A stretch of DNA of 64,000 nucleotides from Spirochaetia bacterium (GTDB taxonomy: Bacteria > Spirochaetota > Spirochaetia > CADAEX01), in NCBI GenBank assembly GCA_017642445.1, contig JAGCPA010000060.1, positions 11,797 through 75,796 on the forward strand, read 5' to 3'. The position numbers were made by a program, and so were the translations under genes. Below, in pieces: positions 16,553-26,461 of the stretch (position 1 is its first letter; every line of letters begins with the position of its first letter). The notes under the pieces were generated by a model. It was given only the letters and a program-made list of their open reading frames with translations. It was not told the origin of the DNA and searched no databases.

Positions 16553-18889
16553 ATGGAACTTAAAGCAAAAGAGCTGGATTACTCAGTACCGCTTGAAAAA
16601 ATCAAAGAATATAGAAAGACAAAACTCAAAGAATCGGTAATCGGACAGCCAAGGGCTCTCAAGGCCCTGCAGTTCGGCACAGGAATAAATGCAAAAGGAT
16701 ACAACATATTTGTAATCGGAGACTCTGGAACAGGAAAGCATTCGACTGTAAGAAAAGTCCTCACCAGATACAAGAACAGAAGGACACTTAAAGATGTCGC
16801 ATGTGTCTGCAACTTCACCGACCCCGACTCTCCGAATATCCTCTACTTCCCTAAAGGCCAGGGGGCAGAGTTCAAGGATGCGGTCAAAAGCTTCATAACT
16901 CTATCCAGAAAAAAACTCAGGCTTCAGATTGAGAACAAGATATTCAAGGGAGAGAAAGAGGAGATAATCAAGTTCCACGAGAATGAGGAGACCAAGCTTT
17001 CTGACGATTTCGAGGCACGGCTGGACAAGGATCATTTTGCCCTCATCAATTCAAAGGATGAGTCAGACCAGGGACCTGAGCTCCTCCCTATCTTCGATGG
17101 AAAGGTAGTCTCTTTCGACGAGCTGCACGACCTCTTGAACCAGGGAAAGCTGACCAAGAAGGAATGGGAAAGCTACCGCACCCGGTACTACCGCCATGTC
17201 GATAAATTCGAGGATGTGCTCCGCAAGATACAGATAAACAAGACCTCTATGGAAGAGAAGATACAGGAGCTTGAGAAAAAGCATGTGGCGCCATTTATAG
17301 CATCATGCCTGGGCAAGATAAGAGAAGACTTCAAGGGAAAAGAGGTAAGCGATTATCTGGATGCAATGAAAGAGGATATGCTGGGCCATCTTGATCTTTT
17401 CTTCGCAGAGGATCCAGAGCATAAGGAGACAATCGAGAACGAGCTTATCCGCTATGATGTCAACCTTCTGGTGGACAACTCCAAGACCAAGAACTGCCCT
17501 GTCATCTACGAGACCCACCCGACCTACAACAACCTGTTCGGAACTGTCGAATACAAGACCGAGCTCTCGGGCGAGACCAAGAGCACATTCATGCAGATTA
17601 AGAGCGGCTCGCTCATCAAGGCATCCGGCGGCTTTGTCATAATCAATGCGGAAGATCTTTTCCATGACGAGTTCTCCTGGGATTACCTCAAGCGGACACT
17701 TAAGAGCGGCGAGATACAGATACAGCCACAGGGCAGCCCTCTCAACATGATGGGAACATCCATAAAGCCGCAGCCTATAAAGATTGATGTGAAGGTGATT
17801 CTTATCGGAGATATCCTGACATATTACAAGCTCTACAACTCAGACGGAGATTTCAGCAAATACTTCAATGTCTCTGCCGTGTTCGACAACCAGATGGATT
17901 TCAAGGATGAGAACATACGTCAGTATGTCTGCTTCGTGGTCGAGTTCGCAAAGAAGATGCATTATAAGCCTATAACTGATGAAGGAATCGGCTACCTGCT
18001 CCGGTTTGGAAGAAGGCTAACCGCAGACCGCAGGAAGCTCTCTGTCCGTTTCTCCAAGGTCACCGACCTGCTCACCGAAGCCAACTACTGGGCAAAGGAG
18101 ATGGGGCTCAGGGAGATAACTGCAGAAGCACTCAAGAAAGCAGAGGATGAGAAAAGATATTTCGAGAGCATTGTGGAAGACGAGGTGTTTGAAAGCCTTG
18201 CAGACGGAAGCACAAAGATAGCGGTGGACGGAAATAGATCTGGTGCGATCAACGGCCTTGTGGTATGCAGAGCTCCTTATGAATTCGGCCAGCCTGTCCT
18301 TATCACCGCAGTCTGCTCTGCCGGCGAGGACGGCATAATCAACATAGAGCACGAGGCAGGACTCTCAAGTGAATCCTATGACAAGGCTGTCATGATAATC
18401 GAAGGATTCCTCCGCTCAAGATACGAGGAAAAATACAGGATGTCATTCCGGGCCAGCGTATGTTTCGAGCAGTCCTTTGCAATGATAGACGGAGACTCAG
18501 CTTCTGCCGCAGAGATATTTGCCATACTTTCGGCAGTGACAGGGGTAAAGGTGCGCCAGGATCTGGCAGTAACAGGCTCTGTGAACCAGCATGGCGAGAT
18601 CCAGCCTATAGGCGGAGTTAACGAGAAGATAACAGGATTCTACACACTGTGCAAAATGCTGGGACTCACCGGGAAGCAGGGTGTCATTGTCCCCAAGACA
18701 AACATAGACAACATACTGCTGCCACAGGAGATCATAGATGCAGTGGCACAGAAGAAATTCCACATCTACCCTATCTCCACCGTGGACGAAGGGATTGAGC
18801 TCTTCACCGGAATGAAAAGCGATGTGTTCAATGCACTTGCAAAGAAGAAGTTCAAGGAGCTGAGCTCCAAGGTGAAAGGGAACAAATAG
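16553..18889 (+). CDS. Lon-family AAA+ ATPase/S16 peptidase (LonB/LonC-like)
   Basis: 778 aa; N-terminal Walker A (GDSGTGKHS); C-terminal Lon proteolytic domain (DGDSASAAEIFAILSAVTGVKVRQDLAVTGSVNQHGEIQPIGGVNEKI). Confidence 0.7.
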   Translation: MELKAKELDYSVPLEKIKEYRKTKLKESVIGQPRALKALQFGTGINAKGYNIFVIGDSGTGKHSTVRKVLTRYKNRRTLKDVACVCNFTDPDSPNILYFPKGQGAEFKDAVKSFITLSRKKLRLQIENKIFKGEKEEIIKFHENEETKLSDDFEARLDKDHFALINSKDESDQGPELLPIFDGKVVSFDELHDLLNQGKLTKKEWESYRTRYYRHVDKFEDVLRKIQINKTSMEEKIQELEKKHVAPFIASCLGKIREDFKGKEVSDYLDAMKEDMLGHLDLFFAEDPEHKETIENELIRYDVNLLVDNSKTKNCPVIYETHPTYNNLFGTVEYKTELSGETKSTFMQIKSGSLIKASGGFVIINAEDLFHDEFSWDYLKRTLKSGEIQIQPQGSPLNMMGTSIKPQPIKIDVKVILIGDILTYYKLYNSDGDFSKYFNVSAVFDNQMDFKDENIRQYVCFVVEFAKKMHYKPITDEGIGYLLRFGRRLTADRRKLSVRFSKVTDLLTEANYWAKEMGLREITAEALKKAEDEKRYFESIVEDEVFESLADGSTKIAVDGNRSGAINGLVVCRAPYEFGQPVLITAVCSAGEDGIINIEHEAGLSSESYDKAVMIIEGFLRSRYEEKYRMSFRASVCFEQSFAMIDGDSASAAEIFAILSAVTGVKVRQDLAVTGSVNQHGEIQPIGGVNEKITGFYTLCKMLGLTGKQGVIVPKTNIDNILLPQEIIDAVAQKKFHIYPISTVDEGIELFTGMKSDVFNALAKKKFKELSSKVKGNK

Positions 18890-18901
18890 GCGTGAGACGC
18901 T

Positions 18902-19669
18902 GTGAAGCATACAAAGGATTTTGATACATATTACAGGAATATCTGGAAAGAGAGGTGGGATGCTCTTAAAAGCTCCTTTAAAGGAGAACCGGAGTACTTC
19001 ACCTTGGAAAAAGGACTTCTGAAGCCCTACTTTTTGGATAAGGCCTCCACATGCCCCGCCCAGGCGCTTGATGTGCAACCGGGGGATTCGGTGCTCGACC
19101 TGTGCGCCGCCCCAGGTGGCAAGACCTTGATACTGGCCTTAGCCAAAGGAGAGGCCGGCACCCTTGTGGCCAATGACAAATCGGCAGACCGGAGGATGCG
19201 GCTTAAAACTGTCATAAAAGAACACCTGCCGGCCCCAATTGCAGAGACAGTGCATATAACAGGCTACGACGCCGCCACCTGGGGTCTGTATCAGAAGGAT
19301 ATGTACGACAGGGTGCTCTTGGATGCCCCCTGCTCCTCGGAGCGTCATGTGCTTTCATCTCCACACTACTTAGCACAGTGGACTCCTGCAAGGACAAAGC
19401 AGCTGGCCATACGGCAGTTTGCGATGCTGGCCGCAGCGCTGGATGCTGCAAAGCCAGGGGGCAGGATTGTCTACTCCACCTGCTCAATATCGCCGCTGGA
19501 AAACGACGGCGTGGTGGAGAAGCTCTTTAAAAAGCGGAAGGATATGTTCGATATCATAGAGCTGGAACCTGAGATCGGCGAGAAGACCAGATACGGCATC
19601 CAGATACTGCCTGATACTGCAGGTGCAGGGCCTATCTACTACTGCTGTCTGGAGAAGCGCCATGGCTAG
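18902..19669 (+). CDS. RsmB/NOL1/NOP2/Sun family RNA m5C methyltransferase (catalytic domain only)
   Basis: SAM-binding LDLCAAPGGKT; catalytic LLDAPCSSE and YSTCSISPLEN. Confidence 0.7.
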   Translation: MKHTKDFDTYYRNIWKERWDALKSSFKGEPEYFTLEKGLLKPYFLDKASTCPAQALDVQPGDSVLDLCAAPGGKTLILALAKGEAGTLVANDKSADRRMRLKTVIKEHLPAPIAETVHITGYDAATWGLYQKDMYDRVLLDAPCSSERHVLSSPHYLAQWTPARTKQLAIRQFAMLAAALDAAKPGGRIVYSTCSISPLENDGVVEKLFKKRKDMFDIIELEPEIGEKTRYGIQILPDTAGAGPIYYCCLEKRHG

Positions 19670-20771
19670 TGTATCAATCTTAAAGTGCCAGAATTACGAG
19701 GAAGAAAAAGTTGTTCAAATAATGAACAAACTTCTGGACAGCATCGGTCTGGAAAAAATCACAGGTAAAAAAATACTGCTCAAACCTAATATTCTCTACG
19801 CCGCACAGCCCGAGAAAGCAGTCACCACCCACCCTACAGTGCTCAAGGCTATAATCAAATATCTGCAGAAGAATGGCAACATAGTTTTCGCAGGAGACAG
19901 CCCTGCCTTCCAGAACCAGGAGGCGGCAGCAAGCAAGGCTGGCCTTAAGCAGGTGGCAGACGAATGCGGCGTTCCATGGATGGATTTCACCCAGACAGCT
20001 GCAATCCCGGCACCAGAGGGCAAACTTGTAAAAAGCTTCCAGTTGGCCTCAATACTTAACGATGTCGATATAGTTATTTCGCTTCCCAAGATGAAGACCC
20101 ATTCCCTTATGTACTACACCGGGGCTATAAAGAATTTGTTCGGCCTGGTGCCTGGTCTCTCCAAGTCGGCCCTGCACCTTCGCTTCCCGGACCGGGATAA
20201 CTTTGCACAGATGATCGTAGACTTAAACCTTGCAGTTAAGCCGAACTATGCGATAATGGATGCCATAGTGGGCATGGAAGGGCCGGGCCCGGGAAGCGGG
20301 AAGCCGCGCCAGGTGGGGCTGCTCCTTGCCTCCGACAATGTGCTTGCACTCGATATGACAGCAGCCCGTATCATGGGCTATAAGCCGGAGACACTGCCTA
20401 TTCTGTCACAGGCCCTGGCAAGCGGCTTCTGGTTGAAGGCCGGGGAAGAGATAGACTATCCACTTGAGAAAGCAGAGAATCTTCTCATAAAAGATTACAA
20501 GCTTATCCACCATCTGCACGATGCTTCCATGTTCCGCGACTATATGCCGGAATGGGCTTTCCGCCTCATCAAGAACCTGACTGTAAAGCGCCCTATCTTC
20601 AATCCAAAGATCTGCAAACTGTGTAAAGAATGCATCCGCATCTGCCCTGCAAAAGCTCTTTCTATAGAGAATGGCAGAGTCAAGGCCGACTACCAGAAAT
20701 GCATCAGGTGCTACTGCTGCCACGAGATCTGCAGCCATCATGCCATAACTCTCAAGAAAAAATTGTTCTGA
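19662..20771 (+). CDS. DUF362 domain protein with a C-terminal 2x[4Fe-4S] ferredoxin domain
   Basis: DUF362 core (ILLKPNI, ISLPKMKTHSLMYYTGAIKNLFG, DAIVGMEGPGP); C-terminal CKLCKECIRICP / CIRCYCCHEIC; start set to the ATG at 19662, overlapping the upstream stop. Confidence 0.7.
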   Translation: MASVSILKCQNYEEEKVVQIMNKLLDSIGLEKITGKKILLKPNILYAAQPEKAVTTHPTVLKAIIKYLQKNGNIVFAGDSPAFQNQEAAASKAGLKQVADECGVPWMDFTQTAAIPAPEGKLVKSFQLASILNDVDIVISLPKMKTHSLMYYTGAIKNLFGLVPGLSKSALHLRFPDRDNFAQMIVDLNLAVKPNYAIMDAIVGMEGPGPGSGKPRQVGLLLASDNVLALDMTAARIMGYKPETLPILSQALASGFWLKAGEEIDYPLEKAENLLIKDYKLIHHLHDASMFRDYMPEWAFRLIKNLTVKRPIFNPKICKLCKECIRICPAKALSIENGRVKADYQKCIRCYCCHEICSHHAITLKKKLF

Positions 20772-20831
20772 AGGTGGAGTTTTTTTCCACAATAGAGTAT
20801 AATAAAAAAAACGCTTTAGAGGAGATAAACT

Positions 20832-21533
20832 ATGGTTTATTCGGCAGAAGTGGAACACATGTGTCCATTGGCAAAAGCTGCCTATCATGGTCCTGCCCCG
20901 ATTCCCGAGGAAGGGAAATGGGTTCAGGTAAAAGAGATAAAAGATATTTCAGGCTTTACACATGGAATCGGCTGGTGTGCCCCTCAGCAGGGAGCCTGCA
21001 AGCTTACACTCAACGTGAAGGATGGCATTATCCAGGAAGCTCTGGTTGAGACTATCGGCTGCTCCGGCATGACCCACTCCGCCGCAATGGCCAGCGAGAT
21101 CCTTATCGGAAAGACACTGCTTGAGGCCCTGAATACCGACCTGGTATGCGATGCGATCAACACTGCGATGAGGGAGCTTTTCCTCCAGATCGTATATGGA
21201 CGGTCTCAGTCTGCATTCTCAGAAGGTGGCCTGGTTGTAGGCGCATCACTTGAGGACCTTGGAAAAGGACTCCGGAGCCAGGTGGGAACTATGTTCTCGA
21301 CACTCAAGACAGGCCCCCGCTACCTCGAGATGGCAGAAGGCTATGTGGAGAAAGTTGCTGTGGACAAGGATGGCGCGATCATCGGCTACAAGTTCATAAA
21401 CTTCGGCAAGATGATGGACTTCATCAAGAAGGGCGACGACCCCAATACAGCTATGGACAAGGCACGGGGACAGTATGGACGGACCACACCTGAGCAGGGT
21501 GCTGTTAAACTGATAGACCCACGGAAGGAGTGA
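20832..21533 (+). CDS. NifU/IscU-like scaffold-domain protein with a C-terminal extension
   Basis: GACKLTLNV, ETIGCSGMTHSAAMAS, GKTLLEALNTDLVCDAINTAMRE align with the three IscU cysteine regions (ACGDVM, FGCGSAIASSS, HCS). Confidence 0.5.
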   Translation: MVYSAEVEHMCPLAKAAYHGPAPIPEEGKWVQVKEIKDISGFTHGIGWCAPQQGACKLTLNVKDGIIQEALVETIGCSGMTHSAAMASEILIGKTLLEALNTDLVCDAINTAMRELFLQIVYGRSQSAFSEGGLVVGASLEDLGKGLRSQVGTMFSTLKTGPRYLEMAEGYVEKVAVDKDGAIIGYKFINFGKMMDFIKKGDDPNTAMDKARGQYGRTTPEQGAVKLIDPRKE

Positions 21534-21536
21534 GAT

Positions 21537-22538
21537 ATGGCACTGTTTGAAAGCTATGAACGCCGCGAGGCTCAGATCCTCAAGGCTATCGGGAAATACG
21601 GCATCTCCTCCATCGAGGAATGCAAGAAGATCTGCGAAGAGAAAGGTCTTGATGTACCAAAGATTGTAGAGGGAATCCAGCCTATCTGCTTCGAGAATGC
21701 AAAGTGGGCCTACACTGTGGGCGCAGCAATTGCTATAAAGAAAGGCGATAAAACTGCATACGATGTTGCAAAATCATTGGGCGAAGGATTACAGTCATTC
21801 TGTATTCCAGGCTCTGTAGCAGACGACCGCAAGGTTGGCCTTGGACATGGAAACCTGGCAGCTATGCTTCTGTCGGACGAGACCAAGTGCTTCGCATTCC
21901 TGGCAGGCCACGAATCCTTTGCGGCCGCTGAGGGAGCTATCGGTATTGCAAAGAGCGCCAACAGGGCACGGAAGACACCGCTCCGCGTAATCCTGAACGG
22001 TCTTGGAAAGGATGCTGCACAGATCATAAGCAGAATCAACGGCTTCACCTATGTGCAGACCAAATTCGACTACTACACCGGAAAGCTGGAAGTGGTGAAA
22101 GAGATTCCATACTCAGACGGCGACCGGGCAAAAGTAAAATGCTACGGCGTAGATGATGTGCGGGAAGGTGTTGCTGTAATGCACAAAGAGGGTGTCGATA
22201 TCTCAATCACAGGAAACTCAACCAACCCTACCCGGTTCCAGCATCCGGTAGCAGGCACCTATAAGAAGGAGTGCGTTGAGCAGGGAAAGAAATATTTCTC
22301 TGTAGCATCCGGCGGCGGCACAGGACGGACACTGCATCCTGACAACATGGCAGCAGGCCCGGCATCATACGGCATGACCGACAGCATGGGAAGAATGCAT
22401 TCTGACGCTCAGTTCGCAGGCTCAAGCTCTGTTCCTGCACATGTTGAGATGATGGGTCTTATCGGAATGGGAAACAACCCTATGGTAGGAGCTTCTGTCG
22501 CAGTTGCAGTTGCAGTCGCAGAGGCAATAAACAAGTAA
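21537..22538 (+). CDS. GGGtGRT family protein (uncharacterized)
   Basis: Contains the family-defining SGGGTGRTLHP motif; 333 aa, a typical length. Confidence 0.6.
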   Translation: MALFESYERREAQILKAIGKYGISSIEECKKICEEKGLDVPKIVEGIQPICFENAKWAYTVGAAIAIKKGDKTAYDVAKSLGEGLQSFCIPGSVADDRKVGLGHGNLAAMLLSDETKCFAFLAGHESFAAAEGAIGIAKSANRARKTPLRVILNGLGKDAAQIISRINGFTYVQTKFDYYTGKLEVVKEIPYSDGDRAKVKCYGVDDVREGVAVMHKEGVDISITGNSTNPTRFQHPVAGTYKKECVEQGKKYFSVASGGGTGRTLHPDNMAAGPASYGMTDSMGRMHSDAQFAGSSSVPAHVEMMGLIGMGNNPMVGASVAVAVAVAEAINK

Positions 22539-22548
22539 TTAAACTAAA

Positions 22549-22587
22549 AATGCATACATTATTATTTAGTGTATGCATTTTTATAAT
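22549..22587 (+). terminator. rho-independent terminator
   Basis: ATGCATACA...TGTATGCAT perfect hairpin followed by TTTTTAT. Confidence 0.6.
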
Positions 22588-23309
22588 CCTTGAACAACTT
22601 CGGTATCTAGTTGTTTTTTTCTTTCCTTCCAATCAGGCATATGCACTGTTAAAAAGTTATAAAAATCAGAATTGTGATTTTGATACAGTAAATGCGTTAA
22701 CTCGTGAAGAACCACATATTGAATACATCTGATGTTGGCTTTCAGCAAGTATTCATTCAAGGTAATTTTGTTTTTTTGTGGTGTGCAACTCCCCCATAAA
22801 GTCTTCATTTTTCGAATTGTAATTAAAGGTTTATTAACACCATACTTATGAATGACAATATCATAGAAACGATCAACCTCTTGTTGATATACTGTTTCCG
22901 CTGTTTGCCTCCACCATTTGCTGAAAGCATTTTGAATTAGCTCTTCATCTGCAATATCATTTACAAACAGATATATTTTTTTCTCATCAATCTCTACACG
23001 ATTGGTCAATGATACCTCTTTATAAATTCGCATATCCTTACCTAGAAATTGAATTGATGAACCATTTCTGATTTCAAGTAAATTGTTGAATCCGCTTGTC
23101 TTTCGATATTTGGTTATTTGGTTATCTATCCATTTCTGACGGCTGGAAAGGAACGATTTTATCCATTCATACGGCACATGCTCTGGAACAGATAAAACCA
23201 CATCGAGTGATCTAAAAACTTTCAAATGAACATTTTTAATCTTTTTTCGAATGAGTTTTACCTGAATGGTACCGTTAATCGGTCCTAAGCATAATTCAAC
23301 AGTATCCAT
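22581..23309 (-). CDS. YgjP-like (DUF45/SprT/M48-related) zinc metallohydrolase
   Basis: 242 aa; HExxH motif (VLHELTHLLYQNH); 1-nt overlap with the hsdR stop. Confidence 0.7.
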   Translation of the reverse strand: MDTVELCLGPINGTIQVKLIRKKIKNVHLKVFRSLDVVLSVPEHVPYEWIKSFLSSRQKWIDNQITKYRKTSGFNNLLEIRNGSSIQFLGKDMRIYKEVSLTNRVEIDEKKIYLFVNDIADEELIQNAFSKWWRQTAETVYQQEVDRFYDIVIHKYGVNKPLITIRKMKTLWGSCTPQKNKITLNEYLLKANIRCIQYVVLHELTHLLYQNHNSDFYNFLTVHMPDWKERKKQLDTEVVQGL

Positions 23310-26300
23310 CAGTATCTTCCAACTGCTACTTTCATGATTTCATCAATTATAAGATCAAGTATTTCAATATTAGAATTATTGATCTCATATCCAACTTCAT
23401 CAAACATTTCGAACAGACAATCATCTAAAGCACGATGAATCTGTTTGTGGACCACCTCGTTATGTTTCCAATCTCGTTTAGCTTTATCAGCTACCATTTT
23501 AGTTATTTTTCTGGAATTATCAGCAATTATGTTTTCAATGCGGTCTGTCAAATCTAAATCTGTTTTAGAGCGAAGAACAGTTATGACTGCACCATAAAAT
23601 GCCTTTGTATCACTGTCATTTGCAATGGAAGCAGGATAATCTCTCGATAGTCTCCCATTACGGAAGTCATCTGCCATTGTTTCCATAGCAGTAAAGTATT
23701 TATCTGCATCCCTTGTTTCATCATATTCCACTAACGTTTTTTTAATTTTTGTAGAGAATTCCTCAAACAAAAGCGGATCATCATATCTTATTTGTTTAAG
23801 TTCAGATTCGATTCTCGTCTTTATTTTGTCCGCCTTAACATTCTTTGGGTCGTCTGATCGAAGCAACTTAGCCATAGCAGTTTTGTCAGTTATTGAAACA
23901 GGCTTAATAATTTGACGAACATCTGTTGCATTGACAAAAGTATCAAGCAAATTCTTAATTCCGGATTCATATTTTGACAGGTCAATCTCATTATCAAAAC
24001 GTTCAATAACACTTTGGCGCAATTTATCAAAGAATCGATAATCTTTTCGGTATTCTTCTAATTTATCAAATCCGATTTCAACAAATATATCTCGGTTTGT
24101 CAAAGCAAGATTCAGCAGATTTGCATACTCTTTTAACTTATCATAGAATTCATTTCGTTTAACTTCATCTTCAAGGCTCAGTTGCCAAGCATCAGAAGTT
24201 GAGTTATCATCAAATCCTTGGAACATATCAAATAAGTCTTTATGAGCTTGTTCAAGCTTGTTTTTTTCATCAACAGGTCCAAGAATAGCATCTTCAATAT
24301 CTGCTTGATCATATGAATTCATAGAGGATTCAGCATCATCATATAGGTCAACTGCTGTCCTTAATTTTTTGAAAATTCCCCAATAATCTACAATCAATCC
24401 GAAATCTTTGCCCTTATAAACACGGTTGACACGCGCTATCGCCTGCAGTAGATTGTGTTCCTGCAATGTTTTATCAACATACAATACCCCAGCAACTGGA
24501 GCATCAAATCCAGTTAGCAACATGTCCTTGACGATGAGCATATTGATATCTCCGTCAGGATTTTTGAAGTCATCACAAACAGAGTCAGTATACTTTTCAT
24601 CATTGTCTCCGAATAACGGCTTAACATATTTATTGTGGTAATCTTTGATTTTTCTAATAGATGTAGTTGTGACATCGTCATCATCACCTTCACGCTTATC
24701 TCCAAATGTGATAACGACCCTGGGTTGTATTTTCTTTCCTGGCAAAGAGGAGATAATGTTAAACACATCAACAGCCGTTGCTCTTGAAGAGCAGACGACC
24801 ATCGCTTTCAGACCTTTTGGTAAACAGTAATTGATAAAATGATCATAGATATCAAGAGCAACCAGGTTGATTCGGCTGCTTGCCTCTGCAAGTTTTGACC
24901 ATTTGCTATATTTGCCTTTTAACTCTTTCTTGAACTCTTCTGGTAAGTTCTCAGTCAAGCTTTCAAAATAGGCATCTATTGTGTCTGACGGATCATTCTG
25001 TTTAACTTTTCTTCCCTCATATACAAGCGGAACAGTAATTTTATCCTCAATGGATCGCTTCATAGTGTAGTTATGAATTGGATCGCCAAATTTTTTATAG
25101 GTATTGCGCTTAGATTTTGCAATCAGAGGAGTACCGGTAAAAGCAATGAATGTAGCATTCGGCAATACTTCACGCATATAATTATACATCGCGCTATACT
25201 GAGACCGGTGTGCCTCATCAATCAACACATAGAATCTATCGCTATCAAGTTCAAGATAGTGATTCTTACATACAGTTTCAAACTTGTTGATTAAAGTGGT
25301 AACCACAAGATTGCTTTTGTCCTTTAGAATGGTTTTGAGCCCTTTTCCGGTTGCAGCACGGACTGGTGCCATTTGCGAATTTGCAAAGTTATCCCGTATC
25401 TGTTTATCAAGATTCACGCGATCTGTTACAATGACAAATCTAGGATGTTCGTTTGCCTTTAAGAATTGTATTTTTTTAACCAGCATGACCATTGTTAACG
25501 ACTTACCACTACCTTGGGTATGCCAGATAACACCTCCTGTCATTCCTTTATCATCTTCACCACTAATTCGCTTGATGGCTTTTTCTACAGCAAAAAACTG
25601 CTGATGACGACAAATCTTTTTTATGTTGCTGTCGTAAAGAATGTAGTCATGAATAAGAGTAAGAAATCTCTTTTTTTCAAGCAAAGAAGTAATCGCTCGA
25701 TCCTGTTCAATGACATTACCATCAGGGGAACATTGTTTACATATAGCTTCTTGCCATTGCACATCATCTTCGCGCCATTCTACAAAATAGTCGGCGCTTG
25801 TTCCACAAGTTCCATAAACGACTTTGTTTGGGTTCATAGCAATGACCATTTGAGTGTATTTAAAAAGATGTGGGATATAGTCTGGCCCCATATTTCTAAC
25901 ATTCTGCAAAATACCTTCTTTTACATCAACACTTGATTTTTTACATTCAATCACCGCAAGTGGAATACCATTGACCATAATTACAACATCAGGACGTGCA
26001 TATTGTCCGTTAGAGCGTTCTACACTGAATTCTTCGGTAACCTGCCAGATATTGTTAGCCGGGTGATTAAAATCGATATAGGAAAGATCAAAAGATTGTC
26101 GAATAGGAACATCTTGATCGATAACCACATTTTCCTCAACGCTAATCCCAAGAGTTAGAAGATTGTATATTTCCTTGCTGGCCATAGCAAGACCTTGCAG
26201 AAGAGAAGCATCCAAGGCATTTACTGCGTGCTGAATAGACTCACCGGAGAAGTTGAGTTCGTAGTTTTTATACTTGAATGACTGTTTGTTCAAGAAACGA

Positions 26301-26452
26301 ATAAGCTCATCAGTGAAAATCACTTTGGATAAACTGCCTCGTTTTTGTTCTGCTTCACTTCTTGAAATGTATTCATATCCAAGTTTCTGTAAAAAAGATA
26401 TCACTCTATTCTGACATTCAGGACGTTCATTAAAAATCATATGGTCAGGCAT
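23309..26452 (-). CDS. hsdR: Type I restriction endonuclease subunit R
   Basis: 1047 aa; N-terminal nuclease region, SF2 helicase motifs (TGSGKS-like HTQGSGKSLT, DEAH-like VLIDEAHRSQ), C-terminal helical domain. Confidence 0.9.
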   Translation of the reverse strand: MPDHMIFNERPECQNRVISFLQKLGYEYISRSEAEQKRGSLSKVIFTDELIRFLNKQSFKYKNYELNFSGESIQHAVNALDASLLQGLAMASKEIYNLLTLGISVEENVVIDQDVPIRQSFDLSYIDFNHPANNIWQVTEEFSVERSNGQYARPDVVIMVNGIPLAVIECKKSSVDVKEGILQNVRNMGPDYIPHLFKYTQMVIAMNPNKVVYGTCGTSADYFVEWREDDVQWQEAICKQCSPDGNVIEQDRAITSLLEKKRFLTLIHDYILYDSNIKKICRHQQFFAVEKAIKRISGEDDKGMTGGVIWHTQGSGKSLTMVMLVKKIQFLKANEHPRFVIVTDRVNLDKQIRDNFANSQMAPVRAATGKGLKTILKDKSNLVVTTLINKFETVCKNHYLELDSDRFYVLIDEAHRSQYSAMYNYMREVLPNATFIAFTGTPLIAKSKRNTYKKFGDPIHNYTMKRSIEDKITVPLVYEGRKVKQNDPSDTIDAYFESLTENLPEEFKKELKGKYSKWSKLAEASSRINLVALDIYDHFINYCLPKGLKAMVVCSSRATAVDVFNIISSLPGKKIQPRVVITFGDKREGDDDDVTTTSIRKIKDYHNKYVKPLFGDNDEKYTDSVCDDFKNPDGDINMLIVKDMLLTGFDAPVAGVLYVDKTLQEHNLLQAIARVNRVYKGKDFGLIVDYWGIFKKLRTAVDLYDDAESSMNSYDQADIEDAILGPVDEKNKLEQAHKDLFDMFQGFDDNSTSDAWQLSLEDEVKRNEFYDKLKEYANLLNLALTNRDIFVEIGFDKLEEYRKDYRFFDKLRQSVIERFDNEIDLSKYESGIKNLLDTFVNATDVRQIIKPVSITDKTAMAKLLRSDDPKNVKADKIKTRIESELKQIRYDDPLLFEEFSTKIKKTLVEYDETRDADKYFTAMETMADDFRNGRLSRDYPASIANDSDTKAFYGAVITVLRSKTDLDLTDRIENIIADNSRKITKMVADKAKRDWKHNEVVHKQIHRALDDCLFEMFDEVGYEINNSNIEILDLIIDEIMKVAVGRY

Positions 26453-26461
26453 ATTTTGTCC

